Source: Podarcis vaucheri (Eukaryota). From it: DNA of 64,000 nucleotides. The notes beneath the pieces were generated by a model. That model made no database searches. It was not told the DNA's origin and saw nothing but the letters and a program-made list of their open reading frames with translations. Positions within the stretch are counted from its first letter, which is position 1. Each line of letters begins with the position of its first letter. A program made the position numbers and the translations under genes. This document shows positions 1 through 50,856 of this stretch, in pieces. Location: assembly GCA_965113315.1 (NCBI GenBank), contig OZ220375.1, one strand, 5' to 3'.

Positions 1-3000
1 CTTTAAGAGAAATAAAATTCCACCAGTCACAATACGCGAAATTGATTAACCAAGAAGTGGAATGGAAAATCAAACAAATGAAACAAAGATCCTTTGAATC
101 TGCAAACAAATGTGGGAAACTACTTGCTTGGCAGTTGAAAAAGAGACAAAAATTAAATTATGTTACCAACCTAGAAGTTGAAGGGAAAAACTTTCAGAAA
201 CCAGGAGAAATTAGAAAGTGTTTCCAGAAATATTTTAAAAAATTGTACACACAAGAACCTGAGGAAGCAATTGAGATAGAACAATTCTTGAAAGATAATG
301 GCCTTCCAAAATTATCTCAAGAGAAGAGATCAATCTTGAATTGTAAAATAACACTACAGGAAATCGAGGATGCCATTCAGAATATGCAACTAGGCAAATC
401 TCCGGGCCCCGATGGACTTACCTCCAAATATTACAGGACTTTAAAAGACTATCTGATACAACCATTAATGGAGGTTTGCAACTATATTATGGGGGGAGGG
501 AGGACACCAGATACGTGGAAAGAAGCATTCATCACATTGATACCTAAAGTGGAAACTGAAAAGACTCAACTTAAGAACTATCGCCCCATCTCACTCCTAA
601 ATGTGGATTACAAAATATTTGCGGACGTTTTGGCTAACAGATTTAAAAAAGTATTAAATGAAGTAATTCATAAGGACCAAGCAGGCTTTCTCCCAGGTAG
701 ACATTTGTATGATAATACCAGGAACATTATCGATATTTTGGAACTTTTACAAACAAATATTAACACCAAAGCGGTGTTAATCTTTATCGACGCGGAGAAG
801 GCCTTTGATAATATTTCTTGGAAATTTATGAAGAAAAACTTGGAAGGGATGGGAGTGGGAAGGGGGTTTGAGAACGGAATAGAGGCAATCTATTCTGAAC
901 AAAAAGCTAAGTTGATAGTGAACAATGTGGTGACAGAAGAACTTCATATTGAAAAAGGAACACGCCAAGGGTGCCCCCTATCCCCTCTGTTGTTTATCTC
1001 AGTCCTGGAGGTTTTGCTGAACATGATAAGGGAGGATCGGCAGGTACAAGGAATACGGGTCGGAGCGAAACAATATAAACTGAAAGCATTTGCAGATGAC
1101 TTGGTTTTAACATTACAGGAGCCAGAACCTAGTACAAAAAGAGTTTTGGAATTGATTCAGAAATTTGGTCGGGTGGCGGGTTTTAAGCTGAACAAACAAA
1201 AAACTAAGGTGTTAGGGAAAAACCTGACGGTTATTGAAACAGAGGAGTTTCAGAAAGAAACAGAACTAAACATTGTTAAAAAAGTGAAATACCTGGGGGT
1301 CAATCTGTCTTCTAAGAATTTGAATCTATTTAAAGATAACTATGAAAAATGTTGGTCAGAAGTTAAAAAAGACTTAGAAATTTGGTCAAGATTGAAATTA
1401 TCCTTGTTAGGCCGAATCGCAGCTATAAAAATGAACGTTTTGCCAAAAATGTTGTTTTTGTTCCAGGCCTTGCAGATTGTGGACAGAGTGGATTGTTTTG
1501 GAAAGTGGCAGAAGGACATTTCTAAATTTGTCTGGCAGGGCAAAAAGCCCCGAATAAAGTTTAAAATATTAACTGATGCAAAGGAGAGAGGGGGGTTTGC
1601 CCTGCCGGACTTAAGGTTATATTACGAAGCTGCGGCCTTCTGCTGGATGAAAGATTGGATTTCATTGGAAAACACTGATGTCCTAGATCTGGAAGGCTTC
1701 AACAATTCGCTAGGTTGGCATGCGTATTTGTGGTATGACAAGGGGAAAACACATGGAATGGTCAAAAACCATATTGTCAGGAAAGCAATATACATGGTCT
1801 GGAAAAAATACAAAGACTTATTGGAAAGTAAAACTCCGAGGTGGATTTCACCAATAGAGGCCAAAGCTCGGAAAACATCCAATATGGAGGCATATTGGCC
1901 GAAATATTGGGAAATAATAGAGAATATTGGAGGTAATTGGAGATTGCAGAGCTTTGAAAAACTAAAAGATAAGGTGCAAAATTGGCTACACTATGCCCAA
2001 ATTAATGAGGTTTTCAAGCTAGATAAAAAAATAGGATTCCAGGTGGAAAAATCGAAACTTGAGACAGAGCTGTTAGAACCAAAGACCAAGGTAATATCGA
2101 GAATGTACAACTTGCTGCTTAAATGGAACACTCAGGATGAGACAGTTAAATCAGCCATGATAAAATGGGCTCAAGACATTGGTTATAACATCATGTCAGA
2201 AGACTGGGAAAAGTTATGGACCACCGGTATGAAGTTCACGGCATGTAATGCCTTGAAAGAAAATATTATGAAAATGGTGTACAGGTGGTACATGACCCCA
2301 GTCAAACTTGCTAAGATATACCATTTGTCTGACAATAAATGTTGGAAATGCAAGGAGGCTGAAGGGACATTCTTCCACCTCTGGTGGACGTGCCCAAGAT
2401 TGAAGGCCTTTTGGGAAATGATCTATAATGAGTTAAAGAAGGTGTTTAAGTACACCTTTCCCAAGAAACCAGAGGCCTTTCTTCTGGGCATTGTCGGCCA
2501 GAAGGTGTTAACAAAGGACAGAACTTTCTTTATGTACGCTACAACTGCAGCAAGAATTCTTATCGCCAAATACTGGAAGACCCAAGATTTGCCCACACTG
2601 GAGGAGTGGCAGACGCAACTGATGAACTATATGGAACTGGCTGAGATGACTGCAAGAATCCGGGACCTGGGAGAAGAGGCAATGGAGGAGGACTGGAAAA
2701 AATTTAAAGACTATTTGCAAAAGTATTATAAGTTGTATGAAACATAAGATGACGTATGATTCAGAACGCTAGCCCCAGCAACGAAATTTAATTATTTATG
2801 AAATTGTTAATATTTGTGAAAGAACCAAAGTTTAAATGGGTTAAAATGATATCAGGTTATATTTTTAGAGTAAATGGAGAACAAGAGATTTAAACTTAAA
2901 TTGCAATTGAAAATATAAAGAAATATATGAAATAAGGGTATAATTTGCTGATGATTTTATTATCAAGAATGCATTATCCGGGGGATGTGGGGAAGTCCAA

Positions 3001-3130
3001 TGGAAATTTGAAAAAAAAGTTATTGAAATGGAATCCTTTGTTTTCTTTTCTTATCTTTTCTTTTGTTCTGTTTTTTCTTCTGTTTTACTTGTAATTTGGA
3101 AAAATGCAATAAAATTATTATAAAAAAAAA
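1..3130 (+). mobile_element. L1-clade LINE, 3' portion (ORF2 RT/CCHC region, 3' UTR, poly(A)); 5' part lies outside the window
   Basis: Long RT ORF, followed by an AT-rich 3' UTR, AATAAA at 3108-3113 and an A-tail at 3122-3130. Confidence 0.95.
3..2747 (+). CDS. L1 ORF2 protein (reverse transcriptase + C-terminal CCHC knuckle), 5'-incomplete
   Basis: Frame open from base 3 to TAA at 2745-2747. Motifs: GKSPGPDG, NYRPISLLNVDYKIFA, DQAGF, IDAEKAFD, GTRQGCPLSPLLF, FADD, YLG and CWKC...FFHLWWTC. Confidence 0.95.
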   Translation, partial: LREIKFHQSQYAKLINQEVEWKIKQMKQRSFESANKCGKLLAWQLKKRQKLNYVTNLEVEGKNFQKPGEIRKCFQKYFKKLYTQEPEEAIEIEQFLKDNGLPKLSQEKRSILNCKITLQEIEDAIQNMQLGKSPGPDGLTSKYYRTLKDYLIQPLMEVCNYIMGGGRTPDTWKEAFITLIPKVETEKTQLKNYRPISLLNVDYKIFADVLANRFKKVLNEVIHKDQAGFLPGRHLYDNTRNIIDILELLQTNINTKAVLIFIDAEKAFDNISWKFMKKNLEGMGVGRGFENGIEAIYSEQKAKLIVNNVVTEELHIEKGTRQGCPLSPLLFISVLEVLLNMIREDRQVQGIRVGAKQYKLKAFADDLVLTLQEPEPSTKRVLELIQKFGRVAGFKLNKQKTKVLGKNLTVIETEEFQKETELNIVKKVKYLGVNLSSKNLNLFKDNYEKCWSEVKKDLEIWSRLKLSLLGRIAAIKMNVLPKMLFLFQALQIVDRVDCFGKWQKDISKFVWQGKKPRIKFKILTDAKERGGFALPDLRLYYEAAAFCWMKDWISLENTDVLDLEGFNNSLGWHAYLWYDKGKTHGMVKNHIVRKAIYMVWKKYKDLLESKTPRWISPIEAKARKTSNMEAYWPKYWEIIENIGGNWRLQSFEKLKDKVQNWLHYAQINEVFKLDKKIGFQVEKSKLETELLEPKTKVISRMYNLLLKWNTQDETVKSAMIKWAQDIGYNIMSEDWEKLWTTGMKFTACNALKENIMKMVYRWYMTPVKLAKIYHLSDNKCWKCKEAEGTFFHLWWTCPRLKAFWEMIYNELKKVFKYTFPKKPEAFLLGIVGQKVLTKDRTFFMYATTAARILIAKYWKTQDLPTLEEWQTQLMNYMELAEMTARIRDLGEEAMEEDWKKFKDYLQKYYKLYET

Positions 3131-3830
3131 GAATATTTATAGAGAGATAGTTATTTTTGGGGGGAGGTGTAGCTGTTGTTTTGTATATTTTAGATCTTGT
3201 GATTTATGTGGAAATACTTCAGTTTGGTTGTGTGTGTTTTAATGTTTTATTTATTGTTTATGACTACTTTTGTTATGTTGCAAAGTGTGTTTTTTCATGT
3301 TGCAAGCTGCCTTGAGCATGGTTTGAGCTGTGGAAAAGCATCATAAAAATAAAAAACCCTGTCTGTATGGCCATAAATGTGTTCTTTTCAGTCGTCTTTT
3401 ACCAAGATTTAGCGAAGACGGTTAGAATATATAATACTGGTTCTTGCTTGTCAGCAGAAATGTTTTTCTTAACACAATTCAACAAATTAAATATAGGATC
3501 TAAATAAATGCTTGTCTGAAACATTTCACCAATTGCTCCACCTCCTCTTCCAATGTTTTCTTGCTTTTTTGCATCTCTACAATATTTAAGAGGATATGCT
3601 GCCATATGTGGAGATGCTAGGATGTGTGAAAGATAAGCTAATGCAGCGCATGTGTGAGAATGGAACAGCTGTGCGGAGAGGAAGGTTTCGGATATGTCTG
3701 TTTGAGAAAGAATGGAAGTTCTTAACAGAGAGGGTTGGTGTAGCTTGAAAGTTTGCATCCTTCATTTTGAATATGGATTGGTCCTCTGACACAGTCTTAG
3801 TACTGTCTCTATCCTTTCTAAATTATAGTA

Positions 3831-4057
3831 CAGTGGACCCTCTAAGTTTGGATGCAAACTTAATTCATTCTGAGGGTCTGTTCGCACCCGAAAAATTACG
3901 TAAATAGAGGCGCGCTTCTGCGCACATGCACAGTGCGCTTGAACACTTCTGTGCATGCATGCGGCACGATTGAGCGCTTCTGCGCATGTGTGCGCGGTGC
4001 ATGGCTGCAACTCGAAGATTCCGTATCCAGAGGGATACGTAAGTAGAGGTACAGCTG
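3831..4057. mobile_element. Tc1/mariner (Tigger/pogo-like) MITE
   Basis: TA|CAGTGGACCCTC ... GAGGTACAGCTG|TA terminal inverted repeats. Confidence 0.75.
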
Positions 4058-5145
4058 TACATGGTGGTCTGTCGCTAATGCTTAAGAAAGCTTTAATTGT
4101 GGTGGCAGTAGTCACTGGCCTTGTTATGAGCCTCTTTTGCTCCGGACCTTACTTGATTGGCGAAATGCAGGGAACTTTGGTTTGGCCTCTCTTTTGCCCA
4201 TGTGGTGTCTAACCCTGAGACCTTTGATCTTGTCATGACTGATTGTGTGACGTTTGAGCCATGCGGCTCAGCAGAGAGAGCAGGAAACAACAAGTCAACC
4301 ACAGAAGGGAGCGGAAATGAATCAGATTTCTCAAGCAGCCTGAAAGTCTTGCAGAACAGTGCTATATTGTGAGGACCCAGGTGGCAAAGAAAGGAGGCCT
4401 TGATAATCTGCTTGTGAAGACTGGAGTGTCATCAGGTATGACAGTATACCTCCTTACATGTACCTGTGATGGACCAGTCAATAGTAGAGAGTCAAATGGC
4501 AAGTAAGATGTGAAACTAGGTAGGATGCTTCAGCAACAGTTTTACTGGAAAGGGAAGAGGCTTAACAAAATGAGGAGACAGAGAGGAGCTCTGTTCTGTT
4601 TGTGTGGTCGAAGGCATAGAAATGGGATTTTGGGAAATGCTGTTTTTGAATAATGAAGTACAGGATACCATCCAACTTTGCTCATTAATAGGCGTGATAA
4701 TTCAGTTTAGGAAATTTTACTGCTCATGTTTTGATGGTTACTTTTTTATGATATGTTTTTGTAGGAGTAATTTATTAATGAACGAACTAAGATTACTTAC
4801 ATATTGATAGATATGTATTTGAATGCTCATATGTTTGTGTAGATACTGATGATTCTGCTTTATGTATTCTATTGCTTTATTTCAGACAAAATGCATTAAA
4901 GCTTGGAAAATAAATAAATGGCAGTGTGTGAACTGTAGAGCTTTCGTAGGAATGTCAAGGTGAACCAGATTCCTGGGTTTTGCAGCTCAGGATCAGAAGT
5001 ATTGTTCCAATGCAAGACGCTGCATTAGCTGTTTCCCCCCCCCTCCTAGGTATCGTGAGGCGCCAACTTAAGCCATACCAGCAGGATAGAATTGGCCAAC
5101 TCAAGGGAGTGAAGCTGCAGACCTGTGTGGAGGAAACGTAGAGTT

Positions 5146-10750
<5,605 letters not shown>

Positions 10751-12553
10751 CGAAGCAGGCCCCAATTTCCCCACTTTGAGAGCCCTGGTATGGGGATGAA
10801 CTGAGCTGATGGAAAGCAGTGGAGCTTGCAAGGGTTGCTGGGAGCAGGGAAAGCCAGGCAGAAACAAGAGGATGGTTCCAGTGTTGTGGGAGCAATGCTA
10901 CCTGCGTATCTGGGAACCCCAGACACTGTGCCCATGGAGGGGTGAGAATGGAGGATCTTGAACAAATCATGTAAGAGCAGGCACAGCAGCATGCTGGCGG
11001 GGGACAGGGGGTGCATGAATGAAGCAACAGATACTGGGGCTTGTATTTCCAGACTTCTTTAATGTGATTGCATCTGTGATATAAGCTCCTGAGCAGGAGA
11101 GATCCATGTTTACCACACCTTCTCCTGTGCACTACCATGTGGAATGCAAACTCCCCCCTCACTTGTCACACATCTTGCAAACTCAACTACAGATCCCACG
11201 AAATAGCCTAGATTGGGGAAATTGCCAGGTTACAATTTCCTTTGTCATAGAACCTTGGGCCAGAGAAACTTTTCCAGCAGGCTTTAATGCCTACTACACC
11301 TTATGTTTACAATCCAATCCCATCCCATCCAGTTATGGAGTGGCAAAGGAGAATGGCTCAATTAAAATATCTGGTTGTCTGGATAAACACAAATCCCGCT
11401 TTAAAAGGAAATTTTATGATGGGGCAGGGCACACAGTAAATGCTGAATATTAATTTGGCCAGAATTCATTTCTACCTCTCCCTTTATTTAAAACATTCCC
11501 AGATTAGCCTGTACTTCTTTTCCTGCTGGGAGACTGTGTGCTTCTGCTGCAGAGATCACACTCATAGATAGTCCTGCTAAGAAAGCATGGAAAGAGAACA
11601 TGCTGCTTTCCAGAGCAACTAGTTTTCTATTGTGACGAAAGGGCGGGAGAAGCAATCCTGGAGAAACAGAGGGCGAGTGTGGAGATAATGCAACAGTGAC
11701 TGAAATGTGCATACCAATCCAGTTTTGAACACGAAACAGGAATTGGATGGGATTCCAAACCTTGCACCTTCATTTTCATCAGCTCGGTTCTGCCCAAACA
11801 TTTAGCCTTAAATCCTGGGGAAGCATTCAATGTCTATCTTTTATATTTGCCTTTTTCAGTGGTACGTGGTTAAGCTGAAGCACAAACTCGTGGTGTTGTG
11901 TCCAGAGTTGCGCTGTCTGCTGTCTTATTTTTGTAATATAAGTTTTCTGAACCTTTCTTGCTTCATGTTGTTCTGTGAAACAGTTTGAGGTGGTGAAATT
12001 TACAACTTATCCCATTACATGCAAGTTTCCCTATTCAAATACTGGCATGAATTATGCACAGGAGAACAAAGCAGCCATTTTGTTTTATATATATTTTAAA
12101 AAACAACTCAGTTGTTTCCTGTTGTAAGGAAAGCTATGATGCAACACAGACTGCAATATGGAGGTGACCCAGCATTGACAAATTTTGCAGCGGCTGCTGG
12201 AGCAGAGAGAGGAAGATATAAGGTAGATGAAGTAACTTAACTGTGTCTGCATTCCACAGCAGGCAGACAGGTAGATGCCCACAAGAGCTGCCACCACAAT
12301 CCAGTTAGTCTATAAGGCATCAGATATTACAGAGACTTCTAGTGTTGAGACACTCATAAATTGCAGTCCACTCCACTTTGCAGAAAGGGAATAGCATATA
12401 CCATGATAAAGTTGGGAGGTGTGAGGAAGGTTGATGGTGGAGGGAACTCCTTGCCATATTGACAAGAGCAGAGACCTTTTAGCTGCCTCTAAATAACCCA
12501 AGCATCCAAACAAACAGAGGTACTTACAAAACAGTACTAGCCAAAAATGTTAT

Positions 12554-12559
12554 TTTATT
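12554..12559 (-). terminator. Candidate poly(A) signal of MAP3K3 (AATAAA on - strand)
   Basis: TTTATT on +, at the end of a ~4.4 kb TE-poor stretch downstream of the MAP3K3 stop. Confidence 0.5.
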
Positions 12560-12562
12560 GTA

Positions 12563-12568
12563 AATAAA
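12563..12568 (+). terminator. Candidate poly(A) signal of LIMD2
   Basis: First AATAAA I found downstream of the LIMD2 stop. Alternatives at 12764 and 12980. Confidence 0.45.
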
Positions 12569-14532
12569 AGTTATACTTTGGCCCGGCTTTGCACTGCAAG
12601 CCCCGGTCAGTATAGATATTTATAAAAACAGAAAGACACAAGTGGTTCAAGGTCTTCTGTACACTCCAGGTTCAGTTGATAAACTTCACAATGCTACTGC
12701 TGGCTTATGAGGCACACATGGTCCACTTGTTAAAAATACTTAAGTTCCCCCCCTTTAGGTTTCAATAAATCAAACCACTTATTCCAATACAGACAATTTA
12801 AATCTATAGGTAATACTCTGGATTACAGATCAGCAGATTGAGAAGCAAAATGTGCAATCCTCTAGTTTCCACATAGCAATTTCATAATCATGCTGCTGTG
12901 CTGTAGAGGCAGCAATCTTGGTAGAAGCAAACTGCAATAGTCAGTGGGGCTTCCTTTCAACTGCTTTGGACTATAATGTAATAAAGGTATATTCTTCTCT
13001 AAAACTTTACCCTGAAATCAGATATTAGAACAGCCCCCATATCACACATCCAGGAATGCAGCTGTTCTTCTAAAGGCCAATAAGAGAAGAAATAAAGGCT
13101 GTCTGGCAAGGGTAGCTTTCTCCAATGCAAAAAGCTATTTTAAGATGTGTTTGAATCATTCACACCCACAGTAACCAAGACAGAATAATCCTGTTTAGCA
13201 GAACATTAAGAGGGTGAACCTGGAGGATACAGAATCGTCACGCCAAGCCCAAAACACCGTTATTTTCTTTCCTCACATATGGTTACAGTTCCATCTGGGA
13301 AAAATTGCAGTTTATCCTTCAGCAACCTGTTTTCTCATCTGCACCCATGGGGACAAGAAACTTACTGAAAGCAAAAGTGCAAATGAAAGTATCAGGGGGC
13401 CACAAAGTGCTTGAAAATGAGTATGAACAGATTAATGGGGCTTTATACTACAGAAGGAATTTACGGTACTTTCTTACTGGAAATGGTTGAAGTTACTGGC
13501 CATTTTTTGGTAATTGATTTAGCTGCAATTTTAGGGACAAATCAATCCTTCTAAATTGTTTTGAGTAGTAAATCAATCCATATGCAACAAGTCAATGTCA
13601 AATCCAGGTTGAAGACATCCAGTAAAGGTTATGCAAATGGATGTGCCCATCCAGTAACGTAAGTAAGATTTACACTGGTGACACTGTGCGCTGCAACAAT
13701 TTAATCAGATTTGTAATAAACCTAACCAGGACTCCTGGACAAAGCCTATGGATAGATTGCTCATAAAACAACCCATTCCAGATATTTTATTATTGGGATC
13801 TATGCTATTTCTATGAAACGAATTCAACATTCCCACTGCCCCAATGGGTGCATGAGGAAACAAAGAGGTATTTTGGCTTAACACATTTTGTTATAAAACT
13901 ATATTCAAATTTTCTGCAAAACCAGCTGCTTCTCTCCCCACTTTTAAAATTCATGAAGGTGTCAATTTCTTTCCCATCCCATAACAGTTGCTATACATAT
14001 CTATAAAAATCAACAAATACAGCATAAATAAAAAAGATAAGAGGCACCATCATTTGTTTACATGATGTAAAAAGCATAACAAATAGGGAATGATATACAC
14101 ACATTTGTAAAAGTGCATTGCTGACCATACAAGTAATGCTTTGGCTTATTTCTTAGGCTTAATCAGAGGCTCTGGGTCTGGGTTCTGGAGTGTATCATAC
14201 AAAGGGGGAGCCCAGCCAAAATAATCACATTATTGGAGACAGGTGGAGGGAAAGCCTGCTGCCGGGCATTTGCCAAGTCACAGGGTACACAGACCACAGT
14301 TTGGGCTGAGGGTGGGCATGTTTCAGGACAACAAACATTTCAGGCCTCTCTTCAAGTCCTTCAAACATGTTGGCAGGTGAGATAAAGGGGGTGGGGGAGA
14401 GAATCACTGCAGGTTTTTCGAGCCTCTGTTACCTGAAAGGAACAACTCACACAACGTACTTCCTTAAATCCTGGATTCTCCCCTCAGAAAACAGCACCCA
14501 GTCTTAAAAGTAGCATTGTGGAAGCCTTAAAC

Positions 14533-14623
14533 CAAGCATGGCCAAACTTGGCCCTCCAGCTGTTTTGGGACAACAACTCCCATCATCCCTAGCTAACAGG
14601 ACCAGTGGTCAGGGTCATGCCTG
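14533..14623. mobile_element. hAT MITE (internally deleted) in putative MAP3K3 3' UTR
   Basis: CAAGCATGG...TCATGCCTG flanked by 8-bp TSD CCTTAAAC. Confidence 0.82.
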
Positions 14624-16962
14624 CCTTAAACAGAGCAGACAAAGCTACATTTACACCTTATCACTGCTACAAGGAAAGAACTCTTACCTTTGCTACATTT
14701 TATTCACATGATGACTGCATTCTGCTTCAGATATACTGCTGCAGGTCCACTGGAAGCATGTTGGCTGTTAATCAACATGTCAAGCTGGTAGGCTGCCAGC
14801 TTGTGATTTAAGTAAACATCTGTAGCCCTGTAAAAAGCTGAGGGATGGTAGCAATCCTCAACTATGCAGAGACGAAAACAGCTGGCTACCCTAAGACAGT
14901 GTCAACGTGCCTGTCGTAAATGACTCTTGGCTGGAAAGAGGAGGGATAAATTTTACCTCTTTTAAAGGCTAAGAACAGGTGATTGGAAGCATGACACAAC
15001 AGAAGTACACATTCTTTTTGCAGCACAACACATTGGTCAAATTGTTCAGTTATCCTAGGAAGTGCATTTTTTGAAGCGAACATTTCTGGAATGTGAGCAG
15101 GTCCTTATGTTACACAGGCCCTGTCTGACTGCACCTGGTTCCCAGTCCGAGGTTTTATACAGCAAAACAAGCAAATTTCCCTTGGCCGCTAAACAGTTAG
15201 TTGAAAGAGGATACTGCTTAGATTGCCTGCAATGAAGTTTGTCATGACTTCCCCTTTAAAAATCCCCAGGATTCCTAGCCAAAAGATAATGCACATTTGA
15301 AATCAGGCCTTGTCCCTTTGTTTCACACAACTGCTAGATTAGATGACTCTATGAAAACACAATCACAAGTACAGCTTTTGCATAAATATCTCCCTCGCCT
15401 GTGCTGCTCAGGCATGCGTCTTCCATTTATAAAGCTATTTTTATCCAAGATCACATGAAAACCTCAAAACAAATGTCTTTATTAGGCTTAGCAGCAGTCT
15501 TTCACCTTTCCCTGAAATAAGACCTTGGCAGCACTGGAAATGTCTTTGGTTTGAAGGACTGGCAAAAAACTGAGTATGGCACCAGCGGCTGTTCTGCAGA
15601 AAATACCTGGGTGGAAGAAGACATCTAACAGATATAGAAGAGCCTGAAGTTTCAAAGGAACAGCATTTTCATAGGAAAGCTTTTAACAGCTGCATGATAG
15701 GCCAGCTGTATGAAACTCCCAATGTAGGGCTCTTTCTCATCAGCTGCGAGCAATAGCTGTCCTACGGCAACCCCTGTCTATATCCAGCATGTGATACTCT
15801 GTGCTAAAACAATCCATAAAAATGTCACATTCCATGATCTCAATAAATTATGCAAATAAAGTAAAAATCTGTATATATTCTTGTTTTTGATGATTTATTT
15901 GGCTTTTGCTCTTTGTGCAAGGGCACTAAGCACATGCCACAACTGCTGTATCCTGCTCAGCCCCCAGTGACTTCTAAGAAGTCACCAGCCCCTCTCAAAC
16001 CCTCCACATTTAGAGTTTCTCTGCAGCCATGAAGACCAGAAACTTGCTTTGAAAAGAATTAAATTAAAATAAATAAAAGTTAGAAATACTGAATCTTAGG
16101 ATGCTGATTTTTGTGCCAGATAATAAATCCCGTGTTAGCACAGTTATTGCATAGACACAGTCCTGAATTGCACCTTCAGACAGCCCTGTCAAAATGAAGC
16201 TCGATTCCCTCGTTTCATTCAGGGGCCACTGTTGTGTAGGCCTCGTTGTGCTTGTGTTCCACTGTAACCCCCATCTCATCATCCAGAAATGTGGATAGGA
16301 GAGAGTTAAAAGGCAAACAGAAAGAAAGTACAACTCTGCCTCCAGCTCCTTGGGTTTGTCATTATATAAAAAAAAACACTATTCACATATTCTTCTAAAT
16401 CAATATTTTCTGAACACTTTCAGATGCTGAATACTTAATAAAATATATAATAATTATTATATATAATAACTGAGTCCATGTTCTCTGTGGCACTTGACAA
16501 TAGTCCTGGGGAACTGCGAAACACAGAATGCTAGCCAACACACATTTTTGTAGCTTTTAGAAGCTATCACAAGTTCTGACACCACAAGCCCCCTTCCACT
16601 TTGGACCAGCTTCTGATACACAGCTACATTCAAGTGAGGTGGTTCCTAAGCCGCTCCCAGCTCGTATGCTTGTGGGAAGCATGCCACCAAACATTCCATG
16701 GCGGCAGCACAGGTAAGGACAGAGATGCAGATGTAGGTTGCACAGCTGCTAGAAGCATCAATCCAAAGAAGAATCTATCCAGATAAAAGCAACTGACGTC
16801 CCTGCCTTGCTCCTCAAACACCGACTGCCTCTCTAGGCAAATAAGACAGCTGTGCCAGCATTTATTTGGAGCTGCTGCTCGGATAAGGGCCACAGCACAG
16901 CATCCTCCCAAGGAGAAAATGCTAAAAGCCAAGGAAGAAGTACTGTTTCTGGGGAGGGCAAT

Positions 16963-50856
<33,894 letters not shown>

